A stretch of DNA of 64,000 nt from an uncultured bacterium (GCA_963822585.1 CAWGIE010000039.1:97800-161799); one strand, 5' to 3'; positions 19,311-30,237 are shown, counted from the stretch's first letter. Program-made: numbers and translations. Notes: generated by a model from the sequence alone, not told the origin.

Positions 19311-21506
19311 CTATCGCGCAACGGGGATATCGCCGCTTTTACCATAATAGACCCGGCTCACACCGGGGACCGCCCAGAGGCCGGTGGTATCCCGGAAGAC
19401 GCCGATCTCATCCCGGCGGTTACCATCGTAGTCAGCCGGGACCGTCAGGTCGGATGGGCCGCCGAAATAGACCCTGCTCACTCCCCGAATCGCCCACAAC
19501 CCGGTCGAGGGTCGATAGATCCCGGGCTCCCGGCGGCCATCACCGTTATAATCTCCCGGAACCGGGAAGTCGGAAGAAGCACCGAAGTAAAGCCGGTCCC
19601 CCCCCCACAGGGCCCATAAACCTGAAGAGGGGCGGAAAAGCGCGGGCTCGATACCGGGGACTCCATCGTAATTACCGGGGACGGCCGCGTCACCGACGCC
19701 GCCAAAATAGACCCTGCTCACTCCTCGGATCGCCCAGAGTCCGGTCGAGGGACGGAAAACCCCGATATCACAACAACCGTCACCGTCATAGTCGCCCGGT
19801 ACCGTCAAACCGGCCGCACCACCGAAGTAGATCCGGCTCAGTCCCTTCAAGGCCCAGAGCCCGGAAGTCGGGCGATAAACGCCGATCCCGGTGGTGCCGC
19901 CGCCAATGAAATCTCCGGCCACGGGGATGTCCGAAGAAGAACCGAAATAGACGCGGGTGACTCCCCGTACCGACCAGAGACCCGCGGATGGCCGAAAAAC
20001 GGCGATATCCGCAGTCCCGTCCCCGTCATAATCACTCGAAGAGATCCCTCCCTCCGGAACGACCAGGTTACGGAGATAGTGGAAGGCCCGGAGAAGATCG
20101 GGGCGGGGTCCGATGTTTCCCGTCCCCGGGTTGACCTGGGCCGTACCGGTGAGGGCGAGGATTTCCCGAAGCCGGGAGGGGGCCAGGCCGGCCTTCGACT
20201 GGCCGAGACCGTTTATCCAGTATCCCACGCAGCAGGCGGCGGCGCCGGCCACAACCGGGGAAGCGCTTGAGGTCCCCGAGAAGGTGTTCGTGTAATAGTA
20301 ACTCTCGCCTTCCGCCGAGTAGGAATCGCCGGTACCCGTGGTAACGACCTCCTCACCCCATCCCTGTACATTCACCCGCGACCCATAGCTGGAGAAGGAG
20401 ATCCGTTCCAGGTTGTCGCCGTTGTATGACCCGCTGGAGACTCCCCCCGCGCCGACGATCACCGCACCCGAGTCCGCCAGCCAGGTGTAGTTGTCGAGGT
20501 TAACTCCACCGTTGCCGGCCGGTTCGATAACATGGATGCCGGCGGCAACGGCGCTGACGATCGCCGTATAGACGGGATTGACTTCCTGCACGGTGTCCGG
20601 GTAGGAAACCCCGTACCATTCGATCGGAATATACAGGTGGGGGATCGTGAAAGGCTTCAGGTACCACTGCTCTTCCAGGAGGATAACATCCCCGGCCTGG
20701 AGAGAGGCGGCTGCAGTCGCGATGGCGGCGGCCGGGTTCCATTCCGGGGTATCCCCGTAATAATCGCAGGCGGTTCGCAGATCGGCGCCATAACAGATCC
20801 CCGTCGTCCCCCATCCGTTGCGATCGGAGATCATCTCCCCCACCACCCCGGTCCCATGATCGATACTGTCCAACACGCAGTTCCAGCCCGCGTTGATCGT
20901 CGAACCGGGGAGTTTGGTCAGATCATGATGATCATAGTCCCAGCCGCCTTCGATATCGCAGACGGTGACACCGGTCCCATCCCCTCCGGGCTGGGTCCAG
21001 GCGTAGGCGGCATTGATCCCGGTCAGGATCGCGGAGGCAGAGGCGAGGTATCCCTGATCAGTTTCCATATCGGGGGGAAGCGGGCGGGGGGGACGGAGGG
21101 GGACGGGTCGGGCGCGAAGCACCGCCGGATTCTTCTCCAGCGCACCGCTCACGGCCCAGGGATCTTCTCCTTCCGGGATTTCCAGACGATAGATGTTGTT
21201 GAGGTTGTATACTGCTTGACCGGTTCTTTTCTCTCCCCGGGACTGCAGATCATCCAAGACCTCCTCGGGGACGTCGCCAAGCCGGTACCAGATGCACCCA
21301 ACGCTGTCACGCCGCAGATCAGCCATCGCCTCCCCGGACCGTCCCCCGAGTTCGACCGGACGGCCTGACCGGAGCCGGACCCGGAGATTGCCGTCGAACA
21401 TCACTTCGATCAGGTTCTCCTGGCAGGGATAACGGCCGGGAAATCCCCGGTCAGCGACAGGGCCGTTCATCATCAGAAAACAGCCAACGATGTATACAGC
21501 TATCAT
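19311..21506 (-). CDS. Secreted S8 (subtilisin-like) peptidase with C-terminal FG-GAP/VCBS-like repeats
   Basis: Catalytic D (VCDIEGG), H (DHGTGV), AGNG, S (FSGTSSASP); six GDYDGDG..FRPSxGLW repeats. Confidence 0.9.
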   Translation of the reverse strand: MIAVYIVGCFLMMNGPVADRGFPGRYPCQENLIEVMFDGNLRVRLRSGRPVELGGRSGEAMADLRRDSVGCIWYRLGDVPEEVLDDLQSRGEKRTGQAVYNLNNIYRLEIPEGEDPWAVSGALEKNPAVLRARPVPLRPPRPLPPDMETDQGYLASASAILTGINAAYAWTQPGGDGTGVTVCDIEGGWDYDHHDLTKLPGSTINAGWNCVLDSIDHGTGVVGEMISDRNGWGTTGICYGADLRTACDYYGDTPEWNPAAAIATAAASLQAGDVILLEEQWYLKPFTIPHLYIPIEWYGVSYPDTVQEVNPVYTAIVSAVAAGIHVIEPAGNGGVNLDNYTWLADSGAVIVGAGGVSSGSYNGDNLERISFSSYGSRVNVQGWGEEVVTTGTGDSYSAEGESYYYTNTFSGTSSASPVVAGAAACCVGYWINGLGQSKAGLAPSRLREILALTGTAQVNPGTGNIGPRPDLLRAFHYLRNLVVPEGGISSSDYDGDGTADIAVFRPSAGLWSVRGVTRVYFGSSSDIPVAGDFIGGGTTGIGVYRPTSGLWALKGLSRIYFGGAAGLTVPGDYDGDGCCDIGVFRPSTGLWAIRGVSRVYFGGVGDAAVPGNYDGVPGIEPALFRPSSGLWALWGGDRLYFGASSDFPVPGDYNGDGRREPGIYRPSTGLWAIRGVSRVYFGGPSDLTVPADYDGNRRDEIGVFRDTTGLWAVPGVSRVYYGKSGDIPVAR

Positions 21507-21707
21507 GACGCTACTTTCATTATGGCGGCTTTATAACAGCAAATGGTGTGCGGCCGCGGCCGGCTTACATACTGTTAATCGCCCCCGCGGCCCGATCGGT
21601 TACATGTTCCGCTGCGTGGTGAGCCTATCATTCTCGAAATTCCGCATTCAGGATCGAAGATGGGCACTATATCATCCTGAATCCAGAAAAATTTTTAGAG
21701 AAATATT

Positions 21708-22346
21708 TTACATCCACTGCCCCAGGTCGCAGGCCAGGCCGGCGGTGGCGCCGCCCACCTCCTTCCCTTTCCCGTAAAGGAAGGAGTATCCGCCCTGGAG
21801 ACGAATCACGAAGTTCTTCAGGATCTGAAGGTCGAAACTGAGCAGGGGCTCCCAGTAAAAAAGAGCAACGTCCCGCCGTTCGTAAAGGTCCCAGTCATCG
21901 GACTCCTCCAGCCGCTTCACTTCTGTGGTCATGCCGGCACCGCCGACCGTCAGGTCGATACTGATCCCCACCAATCCCGCACGCCAGCTCAGACCCGACG
22001 TCAGCCCCCCGGTGATCATGCCCAGGTTCAACTCATTGATATCGTCATCACCGCTCCCGGCTCCTCCCATGGCGCCGCCGAAGCGCCAGCGCAGGGTTCC
22101 GGTATCATTCAGCGGCCCGCAGACCTCGACCCGGCCGCCGTAGTAGAAAAGGTCCTGTTCGGGGAGACGTTGGCCGTCCGGGTACTTCCAGTGATGGAGG
22201 TCCAGGTGGAGATACCTCCCCCAGATTCCGCCGCCGATCGCCACCCCGGTGTCGGGTTGCCCCGTTTCCTGCCCGACTGCTTCCTGCGCCCGGAGGTTGG
22301 GTACCGTCATCAAAAACACCAGCAGCAAAATTCCCGCGTATTTCAT
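21708..22346 (-). CDS. Exported protein, probable outer-membrane beta-barrel
   Basis: Signal peptide, alternating beta strands, aromatic C-terminus, GGAGG RBS. Confidence 0.6.
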   Translation of the reverse strand: MKYAGILLLVFLMTVPNLRAQEAVGQETGQPDTGVAIGGGIWGRYLHLDLHHWKYPDGQRLPEQDLFYYGGRVEVCGPLNDTGTLRWRFGGAMGGAGSGDDDINELNLGMITGGLTSGLSWRAGLVGISIDLTVGGAGMTTEVKRLEESDDWDLYERRDVALFYWEPLLSFDLQILKNFVIRLQGGYSFLYGKGKEVGGATAGLACDLGQWM

Positions 22347-22355
22347 CTCTCCTCC

Positions 22356-22408
22356 TTATTCCGCATTATTCGGGAGAAATTGCATTTCTCCCGAATAATG
22401 CGGAATAA
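22356..22408. repeat. Perfect 25-bp stem / 3-nt loop hairpin
   Basis: ttattccgcattattcgggagaaat-tgc-atttctcccgaataatgcggaataa. Confidence 0.85.
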
Positions 22409-22595
22409 CAATTGCCTTGCATTACATTATCCTGAATTAGATTTCCGCCTGTAATCTGTTGTCAAACAAAACGATAAAATCAATATGTTATAGTATTACT
22501 ATTTTTGGTTCTCTTCCATTTTGTGTGGGTAAATGTTCTATATGAGTCATTGTTCAAGACTAAACCGAGGCAGACCTGTCCGATGGCAGACAGGT

Positions 22596-24428
22596 CTACC
22601 TTGGTTTAATCTCCACAAACTCGTTGATCTCGATATACCCGTCCCGGTAACGGCTGATCCCTCCCCAGAATTGGAAGACCTTGAAGGTCTCCATTACCCG
22701 GGTCAGGTCGTTGATCAGATCGGTGACCTCACGGGAATCGGGGGCGGGAGGGGATTTTGGAAGGGAACCCTGCCGGGGAGGAGGAGGCAGGAACATCCCC
22801 ACCATGGAAGCGGAACTGCGGAGAAACGTGATCAGGGAATCGATCTTGTCCTCCAGGCGGCTGAAATGAATCCCGCTTCCCTTGCCGCCCAGCCGTTTTC
22901 TCATCCGGATGAAATCCGGGTTCTGCCTGATGTTCTTCTTATCCCCGAGATAGGTATCCACGATATCGATGAAACCGTCTTTCCGGCTGGCCAGAACCAG
23001 GTACTTCCCCACCCGTCCGATAGTCGGGTTTACGGGGAAAAGCGGGATCGGGGGGTACAGTATCCGCAGCGTGCTGCCGCCGTACTTTTCAATGACGATG
23101 TTGAGGGACTGCCTCATCCCCAGGGAAAGCAGCTTGTCCAGGAAAGAGTCCAGCTTTTTCTCCGAAGTCACTTTGAAGAGGAGGGCGAAACTCCCCGGCT
23201 CGAAAAATGAGCGGGAAAGGGAGACCGTGCAAACGGCGAACTCGTCTCCCAGCCAGGAGAGAACGTCATCCTCCACGCTGATCCCGGCCGATTCCTGCAG
23301 CTTCTTCCAGATGTCCAAAAACTCACTGCCGCGGACCGGATCGGCGGCAACAAAGCCGAGGAGGGGCCGGTAGATCTTTTCCGGCGAGAAATAGTCGGCC
23401 GAGAAGTCGGCAACCCCCTCCGGGATGTAATTGAGCACGTCCCAGTCCCGGGGCGGCTGCTTGAGCAGATGGAGCAACGCCCGGCTCCCTTTTGCCTCGT
23501 CGAGATAATAGCGAACCGTCTCCCGGTAACCGTCGCTATCCAGGACCCCGGTCCCGGAGATCGCGCCGACCGTTCCCAGAACTCTCATCAGGCCGTTGAG
23601 GTAGTACAGCGTCTCCGCCTCCTCTTCTTCTCCCTGCCCGAAGACATTTTTTTTATCCAGTGCTTCTCCGGCATAATCAAGCAGGACATTAACGTCCAGG
23701 TAGACAACCGTTTTGGCAGCCGGATCAAGCCCCTGGAAATGTTCCCGAAAGGACCGTCCGTCAGCCAGCGCCTCCCCGTTCCTCTCCCCCTTGAGGAGGG
23801 AAAGGACGATCTTCGCCCCCTCAGAGCTGGTGGAGAGGAGAAATATATCACCCGCTGTGCAACGGGCGAGACGGCCCGGGAAGGAACCGGGGAGAGAAAA
23901 AGACGTCACTTTTTCTCCCAGATAAACGCTCTCGGTTTCGGCAAGTTCGTCCCGGGAAAATCCGGCGCGGGCAAGCAGTTCCTGGAAATAATCCGTGTGC
24001 AGTTTTTCCGCCCCCACCGGCAGACGGCAGAGAAGAACCAGGGCCGGGGGTTCTTCCCGGGCCGGGGGAAAACCGCAGAGAGCGATTTCACCCCCGAGAA
24101 GTTCCCAGAGGCTGACCTTCTCCCGGAGTTCCATCAGGCGGCTGCCTTTCTCCACCCCTCCGGGAGACAGTTCCGCAACCGGCTCCAGCATCTTTTCGAT
24201 TCGGGGGCCGATCCGGAGACGGCGCGCCGTCTTCACGAAATCAAACGCCCCGGTCTCATCACGGAGGACCTTCCAGTCCTTGAACCCCAGATAGAAGAAG
24301 GAATCGGCGGGAACAAGCTGGAGAAACGGCTGGGCGGTCGAGGACGGCTGCCGTTCACCGCAGGAAAAAGAGAACAGACAGGCCAGGGCAAAAACAAGGC
24401 AGGCACTTCCGGAGCGCAACTTATTCAT
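22596..24428 (-). CDS. DUF3352-like lipoprotein
   Basis: Lipobox FSFSC, two internal repeats (LQLVPADS / LNYIPEG), DVLSWLGDEF. Confidence 0.65.
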   Translation of the reverse strand: MNKLRSGSACLVFALACLFSFSCGERQPSSTAQPFLQLVPADSFFYLGFKDWKVLRDETGAFDFVKTARRLRIGPRIEKMLEPVAELSPGGVEKGSRLMELREKVSLWELLGGEIALCGFPPAREEPPALVLLCRLPVGAEKLHTDYFQELLARAGFSRDELAETESVYLGEKVTSFSLPGSFPGRLARCTAGDIFLLSTSSEGAKIVLSLLKGERNGEALADGRSFREHFQGLDPAAKTVVYLDVNVLLDYAGEALDKKNVFGQGEEEEAETLYYLNGLMRVLGTVGAISGTGVLDSDGYRETVRYYLDEAKGSRALLHLLKQPPRDWDVLNYIPEGVADFSADYFSPEKIYRPLLGFVAADPVRGSEFLDIWKKLQESAGISVEDDVLSWLGDEFAVCTVSLSRSFFEPGSFALLFKVTSEKKLDSFLDKLLSLGMRQSLNIVIEKYGGSTLRILYPPIPLFPVNPTIGRVGKYLVLASRKDGFIDIVDTYLGDKKNIRQNPDFIRMRKRLGGKGSGIHFSRLEDKIDSLITFLRSSASMVGMFLPPPPRQGSLPKSPPAPDSREVTDLINDLTRVMETFKVFQFWGGISRYRDGYIEINEFVEIKPR

Positions 24429-24473
24429 CGTTACCCTCCTCATTTACTAAAGAGTCCATAATTGTATTGACAT

Positions 24474-24552
24474 GTCACTGCGAGGAGCAACGCGACGAAG
24501 CAGTCTCAACTCCTTGCATAATAAGAGATTGCTTCGCTGCGCTCGCAATGAC
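24474..24552. repeat. RPE/REP-like palindromic element (GTCACTGCGAG...CTCGCAATGAC)
   Basis: gtcactgcgaggagcaacgcgacgaagcagtctc ... gagattgcttcgctgcgctcgcaatgac. Confidence 0.75.
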
Positions 24553-24710
24553 TGCAATCCAAGATGCAAACAATAAAACGATCTCATCAATAATTGGAGT
24601 GTTCCGTCTTCCAATGGAGCACAATATTCGTCGCCTTAGGAATAACGACGCCGCAAATTATTGAACCTATAATTTTTGCCGCCCCGAAGTTGTAATCGGG
24701 GGGGCATAAA

Positions 24711-27700
24711 TTATATCTCACTCAAAGCCCGGAAACTATCGACCGTGTATCCGGCCACCCCCGCCATCTTGGGGATGACGAACTCCAGATACTCCCGGTA
24801 GTTGTTGGACGCGAGCTTGCGGACCGGAGACCCCGGCAAAAACCGGGGCATGCACTCCGCCACCCGGTCATTCCCGATAAACTGCTTTCCGGCCACGGCC
24901 GCCACGGCCTGCGAGCAGTCGATCGATCCGGAGGGATCATCGACCCTCATCAGGGCCGTGATCTGATCCTCGCGCGGGAAAGCCACCTCTTCCTCGCTGT
25001 AGAGGAGATAGCCGGGATTGAGGTTCTTGAAGTGGGCCGCGATGAGCGGGAAAGAGGGATCGAACTCCCCCTTCCGCCGGTCAAACGAGGGAGAGAGCGT
25101 GGCGACCAGGCGCAGCTTCGACGCCTTCTCCCCCCTCCTGGGAGACGAGATCGATCACGTAGGTATTGGCGTCCATCCGCCGGCCCACCTCCGCGGCCCG
25201 CTCCTCGACCCCGTCGAAGAAGATCGGCTGGACGGAGACCGCGCTGTAATCACTCCCCTCTTCGATAAAGCCGGCCAGCAGATCGGCCAGAAGGACCATG
25301 TGCGGGTGGAGGAGCTGGCGGAGGCGTTTTTTAATCTTCGGGTTTTTCTTGATATCGGCCACCGCCAGCACTTCCCCGCCGCCGTCCTCGCTCCAGCCGA
25401 TGATTCGGGCCAGCGCCGGCAGATCGAGACGTTTTTTCCCGTCGCCGGTATTGACCAGAATCACCCGGTACATCATCCCCTGGGAGAATACCAGGTAATC
25501 GAACTCCTGGGTCCGTTTCAGGTAATTGATTACCTGGAGAAACGACGGTTTCTCCTCGCCGGCTTTTTTGTTTACTTTCGGCGCCCGGGTAAAAAGAACC
25601 CGGAGCGTGTCGCCGGGATCGTCCTTCTTCTCAAGCTTGATCTCGAACGTATTCTCCCCCACGTGCTTGAGCGCCTTCTCGATCGGCTCGACATACTCCG
25701 GCACCGGAACTTCGGAGACGCCTTCGTACACCAATCCCGAGAAATCCGCCACCACCTTGCCCAGGTATTCCAGGTATTCCAGAAAGTTGGTGTCCCGAAC
25801 CTTATCCAGCCGTTCGATCGGGAAGTTGGGGTTGGAGACCGGCTTGCAGGTGGCGGCGCCGGAATGGCCGCCGTCGGCTTTGGTCCCCATCGCCTGGCAG
25901 ACCGTGCTCAGATTGAGTGATGTCTCTTCCTCGTTCGGCTTCCGGGTCGTCATCAGATGGGAGCCATAGCAATAGAAAATATAGTCGGCGGGATATCCCT
26001 TCTTCCCCATCCAGTACCCGATCGCCGAGGCGACATTGACCTGGACCTCTCCTTTCTTGGCATCACAGAACGGGGAGATCGCCGCCATGATCCGGACCCG
26101 GGCGTCGTCGCTGTCCGGCTTGTGGAAGTCGATCCTTCCCAGTACCTGCTCGGTCCGGGGGAGTACCTTTTCCAACCCGGCTTCATATTCCGCGACTTTC
26201 TTATCCCAACCGGCTGCCTGCATGATATTGCGCATGCTCTCATAGTCCTTGATCCCCTCGGCCAGCCCGGTCGCCATCTCCACCTTGCTGAACTTGGAGC
26301 CGATCAGCTTGGAGAGTTCCAGCGCCAGGGGCTCCATCTCGATGTGAAGATCCTGGAGAAGGGCGATCCTGCGCATCTCGGCCAGGCCCGGATTGTCCCA
26401 GGGCTGGCCTTCAATCCGGTCCTTGTAGACCAGGGCCGAACCACAGGTCTGTTCCTCAATTGGCAATTCCTGTCCCCGGGGGAGGCTCTGAACCTGAATA
26501 TGCTTGATAATCCCCTCGCTCTCCAGTTTTTTCAGAAGATCGAATATCTCCTGTGTGTAGGGATGGTGGTCGTCGATGCTCTCAAACCGGACGTCCTTTT
26601 CCCGAAGATCCCGGAACTGCCGTTCGATCACGGTCAGGGATACTTTCATCGCCCGGTCGTCGCCCAGCGCGGCTGCTTCCTTCTCCTCGAATTCCTCCTC
26701 GGATATCTCGGAGCCGATCTCGTCGAAAATCTCCGCCACTTCCGTGTCGGGGGGAGGTACATCCGAGGGGAGAAATATCTCCTGAAGATCGTCGAAGGTG
26801 ATCGAGAAACGGTACCGCTCGTCCGGAGAAGAGGGGATATATTTCACCAGCACCGCCCCCCGTTCGTCGGTGGGGACGGTGACGGTGTCTTCGGAACTGC
26901 TCGCGCCGTCGGGGAGCAGGAAGGAGCCGGATCCCTCCAGCCGTTTGATCACGATCTCGATCCCGGGGACCGCTTTCCCGGTGGCGTCCTCGGTCAGCAT
27001 GATCCGGATGGTGTAATCCTTCTCCCGGATCCCGGGGGGGGGGAGATACTCTCCGATATCGGTGATGATCCGCAGGGTGTCATTCAGGGATTCATCGATC
27101 CCGGCGATCGTTTTTTTCAGGTCTTCCGATGCCCCGGCGGGGAGTGCGCCGGAGAGAGCAATCATTACCCGGAGATGCCGTTTCAAGTCTTCTCCGACCG
27201 CCCGGAGATTGTGGTCGTAGGCTTCTTTCTGCTTTTCGTCCCAGGGCAGGTCGCGGAGCTGTTTCAGCCCCCGGATCAGGTAGGCGGCCATCTCCACCAT
27301 CACGATGATAAGCTCGTCAGTGTAATTGACCCGGCCGTTGGTGGACATATCCAGCTTGCTGGCCCCATCGAAAGCGATGATGGCTTCGCGCTCGTTCCCT
27401 TTCTTGACCAGGAGGTCGACCATATTCTCCTTGGAAGAGTTGCTCAAAGGCCCCTTCAACGACTTCTTCAAGTCCTTCAGCTTGGTCCCGGTCAGGTTGG
27501 CAACCATCCCTTTCAGGTACCCGGCCAGAAAAGCCGAAATTTCCCCGTCCGCGCCCTCCGAAAAGGCGACTTCAAGTTCGGTCACATGACGGATTACCTG
27601 CAGGATGTTGAGGGCGGTGAGAAGAGCGGCCCGCTCCTGGTGCTCCAGTACCTTGGGGATCTGCTTGAAGGTGTTGTTGAAAATGTCCTTCAGATTGGCG

Positions 27701-28083
27701 CTGACCCGGCTCGCATTCCGGATGATCCAGAGCTTGAAGTCGTTGATTTCCCGCGTGAACCGGTTGATGAGGTCGATGGACTCATCCTCTTCCATGACCA
27801 GCATCTTCATCCGGGTGGTGAGGGCGTCGATGGGGAAATCCGGGAGATAGATATCGCAGCCGGAGTGAACCGCCAGGTGACTGATCCCCTCGGAGTAATT
27901 CATGAATTCAAATTCAAAATCCTGGCCGTAAACCGGGTCGCGGCCCAGTTCATCCTTGAGCGCGTTTTTCGCCCAGACCATATAGAAAGCGTTGGAAGAG
28001 ACGGTGTCAAGGTCGCCGCCGCCCTCTTTCCCGATCCCCCGGTTGACTCCCTTTCCGTGGATGATAAATATCTTCTTCCTCAT
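24711..28083 (-). CDS. Large DHH-family phosphoesterase-like protein with split DHH domain and three DHHA1-like repeats (frameshift at C6 run 25130-25135)
   Basis: IFIIH..GDLD, IYLPDFP, SIDDHHP, CGSALVY, LLQD, GGHSGAA; the alternate frame continues into ORF 24711-24986 with a third homologous repeat. Confidence 0.7.
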
Positions 28084-28289
28084 GCGGTTTCCTCCAGAAA
28101 TTCTTATTTGTTTTGTTCAATCTTTAGATTACCGATTAAAGAACGGGCTGTCAAGATTGGAACGGGAAAGATGTTCTCCCAATAAATACGATTGAAAAAC
28201 CACGCCCAATCGTTTACAACTGAAAAGTTAAATGCAAAGACACCGGGTTACTGCTTTCGAGTTGCATCTCAAAGATAAGGAATCACATC

Positions 28290-29558
28290 ATGACCACACC
28301 GCCGGCAAGCACCGACCAACGGATTTTCGGCAAAGTCCTGAGCACCATCCAGGAACTGATCAGCATCCCCAGTCTCTCGGGGCGGGAAGAACAGGCGGTA
28401 AAATACCTGATGCGGGTGGCATCGCGGCTCGGTTTCGACCGGATCGGGACCGACCGGATGGGCAACCTGATCGTGGAAGCGGTGATCGGCAGCGGCGAGG
28501 GACCGGTGATCGTCCTCACCGGGCATACCGACACCGTCAATGCCGACCCCGGCAGCTGGGCGCCGGAGACGCGGCCCTGGACGGGAGCGATCCGGGACGG
28601 GAGGCTTTACGGACGGGGCGCGGCGGATATGAAGTCCGCCTTGGTCTGTATGCTCTCGGCGGCGGCGGCGATCGCGCGCCAACCCGCGGAGTGCAGCGGC
28701 AGGATCGTGGTCGTGGGAACGGTGGTGGAAGAACTCTTTGAAGGGGTCTGCTTCCTGGAAGCGCTGAAGCTGATCCAGCCCGATTTCATCATCGTCGGCG
28801 AGGCGTCGGATGGACAGATCAACATCGGGCAGCGGGGGCGGGCGGAGATCGTCATTACCTCTTTCGGCCAGGAGCAGCATGCCTCTACCGGGCGAAAGGT
28901 GATCAACGCGATCGAACAGAGCGCTTACATCATCGACGCCTTCCACCGCTGGTACCGGTCGGACGTTGACCAGGTGCTCGGGAAAAGAAACATCGTTCCC
29001 ACGGATATCAAGATCCCCGTCGGCGGGGGAGGCGGCCTGGACGGCCGGGGGGGGAACTCCACCGTTCCCAAACGGGTTGAGATAACCTATGATATCAGGA
29101 CCCTGGTCGAGGATACCCGGGAGTCGGTCCTGGGGCTGGTCCAGAACAGTATAAAGAACGTGGTCACCTACGGACGCAAGCGCTATCCGAAATTCCGGGA
29201 TCCCTCCATCGAGTTCGCCGCCGAGGAAGCCCGGACCTGGACCGGGATCGCCATCAAGCAGGAGAAGTTCGCCCCCGCCTGGAAGACGGCCCCGGAAAGC
29301 GCGCTGGTGCAAAAAGCTCTCCGGGGGGTGGAGAACGCCCTTGGAAAACGGCCCGACCGGGGACACTATTCGTTCTGTACCGATGGAAGCGCGGTCATCC
29401 CCTACGCCCAGCTCTTCCCCGAAAAGGAACCGGCTATTATCGGCTACGGACCGGGCAAGGAAGACCAGGCTCACACGGTGAATGAATCGATCGGGATTGA
29501 CGATCTGAAACGGATCCTCCTCGGGTACCAGGGAATATGCCGGGAACTGTTGAAATAG
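28290..29558 (+). CDS. M20/M25/M40 family metallo-hydrolase (YgeY/ArgE-like)
   Basis: GHTDTV, GRGAADMK, EE, GE, TDG, GPG..QAH. Confidence 0.9.
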   Translation: MTTPPASTDQRIFGKVLSTIQELISIPSLSGREEQAVKYLMRVASRLGFDRIGTDRMGNLIVEAVIGSGEGPVIVLTGHTDTVNADPGSWAPETRPWTGAIRDGRLYGRGAADMKSALVCMLSAAAAIARQPAECSGRIVVVGTVVEELFEGVCFLEALKLIQPDFIIVGEASDGQINIGQRGRAEIVITSFGQEQHASTGRKVINAIEQSAYIIDAFHRWYRSDVDQVLGKRNIVPTDIKIPVGGGGGLDGRGGNSTVPKRVEITYDIRTLVEDTRESVLGLVQNSIKNVVTYGRKRYPKFRDPSIEFAAEEARTWTGIAIKQEKFAPAWKTAPESALVQKALRGVENALGKRPDRGHYSFCTDGSAVIPYAQLFPEKEPAIIGYGPGKEDQAHTVNESIGIDDLKRILLGYQGICRELLK

Positions 29559-29693
29559 GCAGTGGGGAGTAGGCAGTGGGCAGTGGCAAAAAAATGAACG
29601 TCCAACGTCGAACGAAAAAGCCCCGAATGGGCGCTATTTAATAGGCCGGGGCGCCAGCCCCGGTACTAAAATTTTCCGGAGGAAAATTTTATT

Positions 29694-30065
29694 ATGAAAC
29701 GAGAATTCATCGGCATCATCGGGAAACTGAGCTGCGAACTGGCGGAAGAAAAAGGGGTGGTCATCGTGACCCTCAGCGGGCAGGCCGATGTCTACACATC
29801 CGGGGAGGTGGGAAAAATTCTGGAGGCCTATCTGGCCCGCGGGCAGGCGAAGATCCTGCTCGATATGGAAAATTTGCGCTATCTCGACAGTTCCACCCTG
29901 GCCACGCTTCTGAAAATTCAGAAAAAAGCCCGGGCCGGCGGCGGGGGCGTGAGACTTCTCCGGCTGGGAAGCGAACCCCGAAAGGTCTTCGAGGTGAGCG
30001 GCTTTCTCAACCTCTTCGAGACCTTCGAAGACCGGGAGGCCGCCATCCAAAGCTTCCAAACATAG
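29694..30065 (+). CDS. STAS-domain anti-sigma factor antagonist
   Basis: LLDMENLRYLDSS, VFEVSG, REAA. Confidence 0.9.
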   Translation: MKREFIGIIGKLSCELAEEKGVVIVTLSGQADVYTSGEVGKILEAYLARGQAKILLDMENLRYLDSSTLATLLKIQKKARAGGGGVRLLRLGSEPRKVFEVSGFLNLFETFEDREAAIQSFQT

Positions 30066-30237
30066 CTCCGCCCGGCCCGGCCAATTAAAAACTACGAATT
30101 TCGCGAAACTTGTCCTGAGCGTAGCCGAAGGATTACACGAATTTATTTTAAAACAAGTCTCCACTATTGACTTAATGCTTATACACTTTTATTTTTCCCG
30201 GCACCTCTTTCAAAGAAAGAGGTGCCGGGAAAAATAA

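Noticed and set aside
19311..21506. S8 protease as RiPP leader peptidase
   Set aside because: It lies over 18 kb from the cluster, which has an intact C39 domain matching the GG leader.
25957..28185. 742-aa plus-strand ORF (and similar ones, e.g. 38307-39869, 23469-24461, 28269-29474)
   Set aside because: Antisense shadows of GC-rich genes with no recognisable motifs.
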